From an uncultured virus (IMG/VR IMGVR_UViG_3300037245_003898) (lineage: Duplodnaviria; Heunggongvirae; Uroviricota; Caudoviricetes), in IMG/VR virus record IMGVR_UViG_3300037245_003898: DNA of 60,124 nt; one strand, 5' to 3'. The position numbers were made by a program, and so were the translations under genes. Shown here in pieces: positions 47,601-56,278 of this stretch. The notes below the pieces were generated by a model. That model did no database searches, was not told the DNA's origin, and was given only the letters and a program-made list of their open reading frames with translations. The first letter of the stretch is position 1; each line of letters opens with the position of its first letter.

Positions 47601-50600
47601 AAGGGGTCTTCTGAACGAGGAAGCAGTGTGACACCCCCAACTCCATTCTCGACAACAGTTTCGTTTGTAGAGTATAAAACGGGGAATAAAAATATCCGCT
47701 CATTAAGTTTGCTGGCAGCATTGCGTTGGAAAGTGTCGCTGTTGGGGTCTATAATTTGGTTCTGAGCCTCGATTAGCCGAGCGATATCCAGCTCATCCTC
47801 AGCGTCAGGTAGATCCGGCACTCCCTCCCCAAACTCCCCGCCCAGAGCCCGTATAGCCGCTCGTTCAGCCAAAAACCCTATCAGAGCATCATCTACTTCG
47901 GGAACTCTCACTCGGCCTCTTACATCCACTCTCACGGGGTCTTCTATTATTTCGCCAGCATCGTTTGTTAATGTCAGTAGCAGACCGCCACTCTGAACGC
48001 CCAGGGTTTCAACTTGTTCAGGCATTTGAAGAACGTTGATTTGGACCCAACCTGATGCATGACCACTTTTTAGCCCGCCTGATAAGTAAATATCATCACC
48101 AAGAGCAATTGCTCTAAAGTGGCTGCGTCCGCTGTTAAAAGGAGTTCTTCTTTCGTAGAAGTTGTTACTGGACAGATCTATCGACTCATTACGGTTGAGG
48201 GTTGTAGACTGATTCTGGTTGCTGCCTCCCATGAAATAGGCTATATCCTGATGAGGAATATATACACATTGTCCATGATCTCTGCCTAGTGGAAGAACTG
48301 CCCATTCATCGTCTAGAGTGTCAGAAATGTCCATCCGCCAAGTAGAACCATCCAGATATTCGGTCTCAAGTATAAACTTGAATCCGGTAAGAGGGTAATA
48401 AAAAGCAGGAATAATAACGCCATCGCGGATTTCTGTTTCTTTCTCAGCCACAAATGCCATCTGTTCATCAATTGAGAGATTCTGATAATAGGCCGAGGTT
48501 AAAATAAATGACCTGAACTCATTTAGCAGTTCGTTTATTTTCGCCAAACGCTCGGCTTCGATTACCTCAGCGGGTTTAGGTATAGACCCGCCGTAAACGT
48601 AATAGCTGGACGTTTTGTCTCTCAAGAAGGCGAATGGAGTTATTCTTTTGTACATATCACTATTTGATGGTTCTATTTCAATCCACTCGTCGTCGGCTAT
48701 GGAATATCTAAGTATTTTATCGTTTAGCTCACCTGCTTTGCTATCGTTTACCAAATCCAGGATACCGCAAGTCACGTAGATATATCCGTTTTTGACTTGA
48801 GCATCACCGAAAGCCACTCCATAACCCTCGGGCATCGGTGCCAAGGTTGGATTCCAAGTTTCAGTGACAATATCAAATGCTTCAGTTTTTCTCGAAACTT
48901 CAAGCTGGCTATTGACAGTGACTTCAACTCCACCAATACAATAGATGTAATCCCCTGAGCTGACTGTCATTCCGTAACAACGAGGAGCAGGCATGTCTGT
49001 AGTGAATTCCCACTCCATGCTATTGGCGTTGTATACTTCACAGGTGGGAGTGATAGTAGTGGTGGCGTTATCACCTTTGACTGACCATCCACCCATCACA
49101 TAAATCAGGTCTGCTGTGCCAGGGTTGTTGCTGGCCATGAAGTGACCCATGCGATTAATGAGTCCTGCCGTTACTCTTTCATAAACATCGTCAACAGTGT
49201 CGTAAACGATAGCTTCACTATTGGCCGCTGATTCTTGTTCTGGGACATCTTCGGGATCTGGATTGGGGTCTGGTGGGTCGGTGATATCTTGGGCAATAGA
49301 GTTGCTCAATGTAATGCAACGAGTAATCTGACGGTCAACTGTTCCAAGTTTGTCATAACGACAAGTGACGTTAATCGTGGCGGTGAATTCTATGTTAGCT
49401 ATAGGTTCAATAGTGAAGTAGGCCAATGATCGAACATCACCAGTCGGGTTAATGTCAGGGTCGTTAATCTGTTGAGTGTAGATAACGCCACCAAGAGCCG
49501 GATCGCAGTAGTCTGGAATTCCAGCACAATCAGATAAGGTCACAACTCCCGAGTCATCATCTGGAATACTAAGTTCTATTATTGTCCCGTCAGGAACTGG
49601 CTCTTCTGCAAATGTGGCCTCAACCACGAAAGTGATACGAGTTTCATATTGGAACTCTACAATACGCTCGCCATTGGCTCTCGCATCAACGATTCTTACG
49701 TCTAAGGGCTCTTGGAATCCCGCGTATATTGGAGGCACGCCTGTTTCGTATTCGCCTCCGCCGAACAGCGTTATTTGCTGGTTTCCTGCCACGAGCGTTA
49801 CGCGTCCGCTGACAACCTCCACATTGTCCCATCGTACTCCCTCCGTAGGATAACATCCACTACTATCACAATAGCCTACCCACTCGCAAGGGCTAACTCC
49901 TTCTCCTCCACCGCCTGAACCTTCGCCTCCACCGGTACCTGATTCACAATCCATTTGTTTGGGGGCTGAGCCATCCCCCATGAACCGATTGAGTCGTAAG
50001 TAGAAGTCGGTTATTAATCCGTCCAGAGGGATATTCGCTACAGGGGTACTACCAGTCTCATCGGGTTCTACTGATTCGTATGTTAGCGGGGTTAATTCTC
50101 CAGTATAAGGGTCTTCATCGAATGTCACATCCCACAGGATCTCTCCTGGGGCAGAAATCTGAGCGATATATCCTTCAGGAATCTCCAATAACTGCTCTTC
50201 TTCTGTGCAGTTGATGAAACATTGCCAACCCGGCATCTCTGTAGCCAAAGCTGCATTCCGAGCAATCTGGAATTTCACAAGATGCTCCCCATCTGCCCAG
50301 GTGAAATAATGTGGATTACTCATCTGAGCCCCTATGGGTTGCGGGTTGGCTCCGTTTATGAAGAAATGACGATTAGCAAATTCTTTTTCTTCGCAAGAGT
50401 ATCCGAATCGGGCAGAGTCCTTGGCGGTTTGTTCCTCAACGATTGTGCTGGCGTGAATCTCATATTCTTCTGCCAAACAGCACCGCTCGGCTCTGGTAAG
50501 CGCTCCATCACCGCCTGTACATACAAGATTTATCCAATTGATCTCAAGGTTACCCACTGGGCCAAAAAACACATTACGAGCTACGCCAGAGATGGTGGCC

Positions 50601-53600
50601 GAGTAAATTCCTGTAATTAGCGGGAGTTCTTCGGTGCTATAGAATGGACGATCTTTACCGTTCTCTTTCTTGACTAACTCCCATTTAACTAAAGTCCCAT
50701 CAGTAACGGGAACTCTGTTATTGGGGTCCGGGTCGTCAGGATCCACTTGCCAGACAGTGGCAAATTGCTCTGCCACTTCGATTCCATCAGCATATGGTTT
50801 GGCAGCATCCAGTCGTATGAACAGACTATCGATAAATCTTATCTCATGAATTGCATCTACAAAGAATCCCACAAAGTCCAATGAAACATATAGGTCAACA
50901 AAATCAGGCAATTGGGGAGCGGGAACCTCAATATCAACAATGCTCTTAGAAATAAGTCTACCAGTTGGAACTCCATTGTAGTCCAGCTCTTCCTGGGTCA
51001 CAGCAGATGTCGAATAAACCCCCTCATCCATGAATGTGCGTTCAGATCTGATCGTAAGCGGGTTGGTCGAATCATGACTAAATAATTGAACAGTTACAGG
51101 AGTTCCGTCTGGGAGGGATTCTCCTTTGAATTGTAATTCTATTCGACAGACATAAGGTATCGTGGACCTGGCGTATCCTCCATTGAAACTCACGGGTTTA
51201 CAATCGTCTTGTTCGCCAGATTCATTGCAATAACAAATGGAGTCCAGTGAATCAATATTATCGTCTTCCCCACATCCAACGGAGATATGACGATTGGACT
51301 TGTTGACGGCAGTTATTTCGATAGGATGCTGGAAAGTGACAGTAACAATTTCTGTGTTGAATTCAAAGAGGTTTTCGCCTTCTGGATTGTCAGGGTTGGA
51401 GACTTTGTACTGGGCACCTATGTTCATGATGTAGCGCTCTCGACGAGCTAATATATCTCTGTCACCTGTAGGAGTGACGATGCCTTTGATAAGACCACTT
51501 TCGATTGTTGCATAAGTGAGGGATGTTTCTGCCTCTTCTTCATCGTTGTTGCAGTTTTCGTCAAGAGGAACACTAAAGTTAATTCTCGGATCACCTCCGT
51601 CAAGTGCATCTTCACAAGGAGTTCTCGGATTGAAGTTGTCACTATAGTCACCTAGTCCACCACCGACCCCTAGTTCTTGGCCATCATTTACTAGGGATCT
51701 TTTCTCAATAGTTGTACAAACCAGCAGGTTCATATCATCAATGTCTTGTAGCTTGCCGCCCTGCTTGTTGAGAAGATTAACGAAAACAAGAGCAGCTTCA
51801 CTAAGCCATAAGTCTAAGCGAGAGTTTTTGACAGTTGGGTTTTTCCACTGTAGAGAAAGCGTAATAGGGTTGATCACCTGAAGATGGAGATCAGAGATAT
51901 CTGCTGGAGGAAATACTAACTCCGACGTGGCTGTCGGAATTCCCACCAGATGTTGAGGCGCCGAAATTCTTCCCAAATTATCATAAGTCACTATCGTATA
52001 GAAATGAGAGATACCGTTAGTCAGCGTGATTTGAGCACCATCACAGTTTTTGCCTGATTCACGGTGAACGAGAGATTCACCAGTTGTATCTGCTATCAGG
52101 CCACCGTCACTAATTTGCAACTCTCCATTGGGAGAAACTCCAACAGTTGGAAAACGGTCAATCCCGAAATATACTTTAGTTCCTACCCATCTTGAATCGG
52201 TGGGGTTCCTCCATTGTAGGAATAACTTCCGGTCTCCTTCGAGAATAGTTTCGTTCTGGACTGCGCCAAGGGCAGGATTTGGAGCATCGTTAGTGGACTT
52301 TGGTATATGAATAGACAGAGCCCGAGCTTCGCTGCGATCACAAATCGCGCCCGAGGAGTTGACTGTGAAAACTCGATAGTAGTATTCCTCATTGTGAATA
52401 AAATCATTGGCATCTATATAATAGAATTCACCCTCACTTGCAGCAACAGTTGTTACCACTTCTCCGTCTTCATCGTGCCATGGAATCGAGAGATACTTAC
52501 GAACTATTTTGACGTATCCACCTTCGTAATCGAAATCGTTGCCAATGATCCAACTTAGTAAGACTTCTCGCTGTTTGTTATCAGGAGGAGTTAAAGCACT
52601 GTCATACAGAGGCTGATTGAATATTTCGCTCTCAGTTACATAAAGTGCTTCCCAATAAGCCGCGTCACGCTCCATTGTATGGATGCTAATCTGAGCTAGC
52701 GAACCAAAGAAGTCGCTTCCGGCCCAAGTTGTAGCAGAATTTGTGGGCTTAGCTCCAATGTACAGTTTTTCAAAGCCTCTGGTGTCAATGCCCGGACCAA
52801 AACCTACTCCGGTCACATTCACTCCATTGATATAAACAGTCAAGATATAGTTGGCCTGAGATAACGCCATAGACACCATCGTCCACTCTTTCTCAGGGAT
52901 AGGAGCGCTCGCAAGGCTACCTGAGAGCCCAGTAGTAATATCTGTGCTGTGGTTTACTGCTAGAACTCCAGTAGAATCAATTCCAACAACCCAACCGATG
53001 GTATTAGAGTTCTCATCCGCTGTCCCAATGACCCACTGATCAGTGGTATTGGCATATCTATAGATCCAGAAATTCAAAGAGAATGCATGAGCACCGCTTC
53101 CCGAGCCTTCTACCCAGGCCATATTGTCTGTGGCATCGACCTCGATGATATCGAATTCCCCATCGAATCTAACGCCAGCAGGTTTCCTGAGACCTCCTTG
53201 ATCATCATGAGAGCCACTTGCAGAATCTCCAGCCCAAAAACTATGTTCAACTACCTCGCTACCAATTGTGCCGTGGTTGCCTTGTCCAGACGAATCAAAG
53301 ACTAAATAACCCAATTCTTCTTTGAAGTTATAAATCAGCTCAGTGTTATTATCTCTTGCTACGCCAGGCAATATCCTAGGAACAGCAGTAGCGAAATTGA
53401 CACCTTGGGGAAGGATTCGATCTTGGGGTGTTCCCGTTATAAAATAGCCGGGGCTGTAATGCCGCTCTCCGTTGAACGACCATACTCCATAATAGTATAG
53501 CTGCCCATCTGTTAGTGGGGTGTCTTGAGCAGCTTGAATAATTCCTTCTGATACGACTATGCCATCAGCAGGATGAAGAGGAAATCTATCAGTCCTACGG

Positions 53601-54067
53601 ACAACTCTTACTCCTGCGAAATCGTAAACTGAGTCCTCAAAAGTGCTCTGAATAAACTCCTGAGCGTCCAATCCATCCTCAGTAAGAAATCCGATGCCTG
53701 CTCGGGCTGTAAATAAGTTGGTGTTTGTTAGAACCCCACCAAAACCAATAACGTTGGTAGTGATAGCCGCTGGATAAGTTTCATCCAGTTTTGTCAAGAG
53801 CCGCTTCAGATAAGTATACCTATCAGCGTTATTGTCGTTCCAGGTCATTGAGCCCGATTCATCCACGATAAGAGTCAAAATGCGATCTTCTAGCTCAAGT
53901 TGCAAATGGTTCGTAACATCTTCGGGGCCTGTTCTGAAATGTTCGCCTTCTCTAAAATCGTTGGTGACGATGGTAGATGCAGCCGGAGATTTGGTTTCTA
54001 GCGTGCCATAAGGAGTTATGGCTTCACTTAAAGTATGAAGTTCAAATGAAAAATTTAGATCACTCAT
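44675..54067 (-). CDS. giant multidomain virion/adhesin-like protein (split vWA, FN3-like, LamG, Kelch, Ig-like repeats), 3130 aa
   Basis: VDESGSM (MIDAS); VVRR..FP..P.DG FN3-like repeats; LamG (FDG, SLNFWIY, WTMV, VYING, LYIGA, FFGSLAQISI); Kelch (IYVMGG, IYCIGG, IYLSGG); second vWA half; three C-terminal Ig-like repeats (I.P..P...ISWYKNG). Confidence 0.85.
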   Translation of the reverse strand: MSDLNFSFELHTLSEAITPYGTLETKSPAASTIVTNDFREGEHFRTGPEDVTNHLQLELEDRILTLIVDESGSMTWNDNNADRYTYLKRLLTKLDETYPAAITTNVIGFGGVLTNTNLFTARAGIGFLTEDGLDAQEFIQSTFEDSVYDFAGVRVVRRTDRFPLHPADGIVVSEGIIQAAQDTPLTDGQLYYYGVWSFNGERHYSPGYFITGTPQDRILPQGVNFATAVPRILPGVARDNNTELIYNFKEELGYLVFDSSGQGNHGTIGSEVVEHSFWAGDSASGSHDDQGGLRKPAGVRFDGEFDIIEVDATDNMAWVEGSGSGAHAFSLNFWIYRYANTTDQWVIGTADENSNTIGWVVGIDSTGVLAVNHSTDITTGLSGSLASAPIPEKEWTMVSMALSQANYILTVYINGVNVTGVGFGPGIDTRGFEKLYIGAKPTNSATTWAGSDFFGSLAQISIHTMERDAAYWEALYVTESEIFNQPLYDSALTPPDNKQREVLLSWIIGNDFDYEGGYVKIVRKYLSIPWHDEDGEVVTTVAASEGEFYYIDANDFIHNEEYYYRVFTVNSSGAICDRSEARALSIHIPKSTNDAPNPALGAVQNETILEGDRKLFLQWRNPTDSRWVGTKVYFGIDRFPTVGVSPNGELQISDGGLIADTTGESLVHRESGKNCDGAQITLTNGISHFYTIVTYDNLGRISAPQHLVGIPTATSELVFPPADISDLHLQVINPITLSLQWKNPTVKNSRLDLWLSEAALVFVNLLNKQGGKLQDIDDMNLLVCTTIEKRSLVNDGQELGVGGGLGDYSDNFNPRTPCEDALDGGDPRINFSVPLDENCNNDEEEAETSLTYATIESGLIKGIVTPTGDRDILARRERYIMNIGAQYKVSNPDNPEGENLFEFNTEIVTVTFQHPIEITAVNKSNRHISVGCGEDDNIDSLDSICYCNESGEQDDCKPVSFNGGYARSTIPYVCRIELQFKGESLPDGTPVTVQLFSHDSTNPLTIRSERTFMDEGVYSTSAVTQEELDYNGVPTGRLISKSIVDIEVPAPQLPDFVDLYVSLDFVGFFVDAIHEIRFIDSLFIRLDAAKPYADGIEVAEQFATVWQVDPDDPDPNNRVPVTDGTLVKWELVKKENGKDRPFYSTEELPLITGIYSATISGVARNVFFGPVGNLEINWINLVCTGGDGALTRAERCCLAEEYEIHASTIVEEQTAKDSARFGYSCEEKEFANRHFFINGANPQPIGAQMSNPHYFTWADGEHLVKFQIARNAALATEMPGWQCFINCTEEEQLLEIPEGYIAQISAPGEILWDVTFDEDPYTGELTPLTYESVEPDETGSTPVANIPLDGLITDFYLRLNRFMGDGSAPKQMDCESGTGGGEGSGGGGEGVSPCEWVGYCDSSGCYPTEGVRWDNVEVVSGRVTLVAGNQQITLFGGGEYETGVPPIYAGFQEPLDVRIVDARANGERIVEFQYETRITFVVEATFAEEPVPDGTIIELSIPDDDSGVVTLSDCAGIPDYCDPALGGVIYTQQINDPDINPTGDVRSLAYFTIEPIANIEFTATINVTCRYDKLGTVDRQITRCITLSNSIAQDITDPPDPNPDPEDVPEQESAANSEAIVYDTVDDVYERVTAGLINRMGHFMASNNPGTADLIYVMGGWSVKGDNATTTITPTCEVYNANSMEWEFTTDMPAPRCYGMTVSSGDYIYCIGGVEVTVNSQLEVSRKTEAFDIVTETWNPTLAPMPEGYGVAFGDAQVKNGYIYVTCGILDLVNDSKAGELNDKILRYSIADDEWIEIEPSNSDMYKRITPFAFLRDKTSSYYVYGGSIPKPAEVIEAERLAKINELLNEFRSFILTSAYYQNLSIDEQMAFVAEKETEIRDGVIIPAFYYPLTGFKFILETEYLDGSTWRMDISDTLDDEWAVLPLGRDHGQCVYIPHQDIAYFMGGSNQNQSTTLNRNESIDLSSNNFYERRTPFNSGRSHFRAIALGDDIYLSGGLKSGHASGWVQINVLQMPEQVETLGVQSGGLLLTLTNDAGEIIEDPVRVDVRGRVRVPEVDDALIGFLAERAAIRALGGEFGEGVPDLPDAEDELDIARLIEAQNQIIDPNSDTFQRNAASKLNERIFLFPVLYSTNETVVENGVGGVTLLPRSEDPLADLQRLAEFIQQILQNTPDDTDERFAGDLTREELAALGDVLETVEIPPTVVNSGVLRPLYDIETFLTVLDDIYFGQTVSEFDLAVQDEINSRIRGYLTPPPEEPDEGDGEDEPGGGVDPGGLGGSSGGASASCFVLEHAAAPVLPPDPPPPDDDDDGGNPPTGGGDYRGSGQCLFCDTLLPTQPDIRDQLPTVATNYYNIEAWVPQIKRHLTGSTNTISNALTLLDTIDYEIPFGSSQLYDALTEGAQTMAGDTFADKKKVIYICSDNSENLSLTSRFTATEEVNSIDGDRNTPIVYTVFSTSYPVSVAAMLERTESSDVDALTKDTGGQSSTLVSTSFLDWILNLTLGGATGGLGYGIYTNILDLSELSSITAMSLDFFLPDNTQGRVRLRSSDDGFNYTDWTERFTGSGNHDFVDFFAQYIEFEVVLSTGFTTGITEEYDATATGIPKLRSITWETSQERQDLLFVDTEDVLTNAQQVAMAFEGDIPTASVVELGVATSDSHQWADFYSSARPIVEEFGKTFLLERDEDADSAVPTEPLTTDDNIRYQTTYGSWDPEARVDIVQVDPSGAHANVEIPVFTGFRLYPREGEIYFDTRQPPDRVFKITVTNEDKMRVGLRLRNRRHSDSITMEGVGFIYSTNDEKPALISQVAPSVLNVTISPQNPNSSDTIFALYDFIDLNNDDESGSLISWYKNGQQLFEIQNNLSWSDSDLLSGNKLVPNDKIHYIVIPSDGRSFGSPVYSPAVIVVARPPGADDVRIVPFRNGVINNRYDTSSSFVVQYDFEVEDTGPSALEVGTVIKWYVNGRLFKEGVFSELESDPYFDPKSIAPGEQIAGVSAHTIGNQIQVEVTPKTVLITGATVTSSTITVVNSIPIANNVQIEPLIPNAQSTLTLSYTLDDLDVDNGIQIDQSEIKWFNSPNGQDFAEVQDLRGEMVTPPFYTRAGEYWYVQVTPYDGLDLGAPVVSNIVTISA

Positions 54068-54076
54068 ACGAAACCT

Positions 54077-55237
54077 TTATGGATAAGCCGAGCTATCAAA
54101 TTGGTTGTCTGCGGCACCAAATTGTCCAATAAATACATCACCATCGGAGTCATAACCCAACCTTCCTTCTACTGAGTCTAAACCAGTGGTGAATTCAGAC
54201 ATCAAGAACCCATAACCAACAAATGCTATATTAGCTGCTCCGTCACCAGATGTTAATGACGTTCCAACCAAGATTGGATTGCCAGCGATTCTTACCGTGT
54301 TTCCTACTGGATCGGAGTTTAGAAATATCGATGCGGTAGAATGGGTAAATTCTCCCCCCACAATTGTGTTGGTTGCACTACCAACTAAAAGTAGTTCTAT
54401 TTGTGAATCTATCACCCGACAATTTATGAAAGTCGTATTCCTTACGAGTTCGAGAGACCCTCCTTCTATGATGCAGTTATGAAGAAGAACTCCTGTAGAC
54501 TGGCTCAAAACGAAAGGATGTCCATTAGACTGGTAGAATTCACAGTGATAATACTTAGCTGTGACAATACTTTTATTGCCCTCTTGAGCGTTTCTAAATA
54601 CACAATTTTTGAATTCTCCAGTTTTTACGTCGCTATTACAGAAATACGAGCCAGTGGGCCAATAGCAATCTTCGAATCTACCATAAACGTTAATCGCTCC
54701 TCCCCCTTTCTCAGAAGATGGACTTGAAGTGCTGGCTAAAACGCATTGCTCCACGGAACTTCCTGCGGGAGTAACTGAGTTTGTTTGCGACAGAGCGAAA
54801 CTCGTCTTGCTCCCGCCATCACTGGTGTTTGTAATTTTAAGGTTACGAATAACAACGTTATCCGCTGTTTGATGCAATAACCCCTGATTGGAGGCTGTTA
54901 CATTTCCTGTAATACTACATGAATATCTATCTAAACCAACTAGGTTTATGTATGCTGTATCCAAGATCAACTGGCTACTTAAAGTATATGTTGCTGGAGG
55001 GAAAAGTAAAGTCACAATGTTGGCACTGGTCGGAGATTGGGCCTTAGCGGTAACGTAGGCCGACGCCAAATTCGATGTTTCCAGTTCTGATATGACACCA
55101 TTGACTGACATTTTTATTTGTGATCTACTGATTAGAATGTCTTCAATATATCTGCGAATATCATTAGTGTCAGAAGCAGCAATGGTATCACCACTACTTA
55201 CACTACCTAGTTCGTTTGATTGAGACGGTAAGGACAT
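54077..55237 (-). CDS. tail-spike-like protein with pectin-lyase-like beta-helix
   Basis: TLLFPPATYTL...INLVG...SITG...VVIRNLKITN followed by repeated F.NC/F.DC units. Confidence 0.65.
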   Translation of the reverse strand: MSLPSQSNELGSVSSGDTIAASDTNDIRRYIEDILISRSQIKMSVNGVISELETSNLASAYVTAKAQSPTSANIVTLLFPPATYTLSSQLILDTAYINLVGLDRYSCSITGNVTASNQGLLHQTADNVVIRNLKITNTSDGGSKTSFALSQTNSVTPAGSSVEQCVLASTSSPSSEKGGGAINVYGRFEDCYWPTGSYFCNSDVKTGEFKNCVFRNAQEGNKSIVTAKYYHCEFYQSNGHPFVLSQSTGVLLHNCIIEGGSLELVRNTTFINCRVIDSQIELLLVGSATNTIVGGEFTHSTASIFLNSDPVGNTVRIAGNPILVGTSLTSGDGAANIAFVGYGFLMSEFTTGLDSVEGRLGYDSDGDVFIGQFGAADNQFDSSAYP

Positions 55238-55249
55238 AGTTCTTTCCTT

Positions 55250-56278
55250 TCAAGAATATATACTAAAACCATAGAATGATTCACCATATACGCTCGGATT
55301 ACTTTGTAAATTCATGTAAGTTTGTCCGTAATCTATACTAATAAACGCATCCCCAACGCTATCATCCGAAAAGATATAGTTCCATGCCGCAAAATTGTCT
55401 TTGTTTCCACCGATTTGCCAAAATTCAATGGATAACGGGACATCAAATAAAATTCCAGATAGAGTGTCGGAATTACGGATTTCGTAATTGTACTTACCCG
55501 AAGACGGGATATTTACCGAAGACAACCAGGCTGTCACCGTGTTGGCACCATCATTTAATCGCAGGGCCGTCATGTAAGGAGCCGTCGATAGGTCAAGTGG
55601 TTCCAAGTAATCTTCGGCGTGGAGTTGCGTTTCAAACTCTAGGTTGCTGGTGAAATACCATTGATCAAGAATGACAATGTTACTGCGATCACTCAGATAT
55701 ACTTCGAAAGAATACAAGCCTCCTGCTTCAACATATACACTCCCGAATTTCGTCCAACGAGGAACTCTCTCCCAGCCCGATGAGTGATCTCCCAAAGTGA
55801 ATTGCCGAAGATGAGTGGTATCTCCGTTAAACCCCCAGAATATTCCTGTTCCACTTACATACCCAAAACCCCAGATATCATAATTCCCTCTTGCGGGAAA
55901 AACCAAATCATATTTCAAATACGGAGCATTATTGACGGCATCAATCGAAATAGAATAATCATCAGGTTGTAGAGTGTTTTCAATGGCAGTCCCACTGGTC
56001 GTGAAGCCCTCATGGGCATGATCAACAGGCTGGAATACCCATTGGTCTCGTCCATTCTGCCAATTTGACGCCTGGAACGAGATGGTATCTCCTAACCCTT
56101 CCACAACAGTCGTTCGATCAGTTGCTGTAACCGTTAGGTTCAAAGAAACTTTATCAATGGTAGTGTCGATATACGGATCTTCGACATCCTGACGCAAAAC
56201 AACTCCTGCCACATAAGCCGCGTTCGCGGGATACAGAGCGTTTGTTTTGCCGTCAGCGCTGATTGTGGACATTGACAT
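55250..56278 (-). CDS. putative virion protein with carbohydrate-binding-like beta-sandwich
   Basis: YLKYDLVFPARGNYDIW...GLYSFEVY...VILDQWYFT; located in the structural gene block. Confidence 0.55.
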   Translation of the reverse strand: MSMSTISADGKTNALYPANAAYVAGVVLRQDVEDPYIDTTIDKVSLNLTVTATDRTTVVEGLGDTISFQASNWQNGRDQWVFQPVDHAHEGFTTSGTAIENTLQPDDYSISIDAVNNAPYLKYDLVFPARGNYDIWGFGYVSGTGIFWGFNGDTTHLRQFTLGDHSSGWERVPRWTKFGSVYVEAGGLYSFEVYLSDRSNIVILDQWYFTSNLEFETQLHAEDYLEPLDLSTAPYMTALRLNDGANTVTAWLSSVNIPSSGKYNYEIRNSDTLSGILFDVPLSIEFWQIGGNKDNFAAWNYIFSDDSVGDAFISIDYGQTYMNLQSNPSVYGESFYGFSIYS

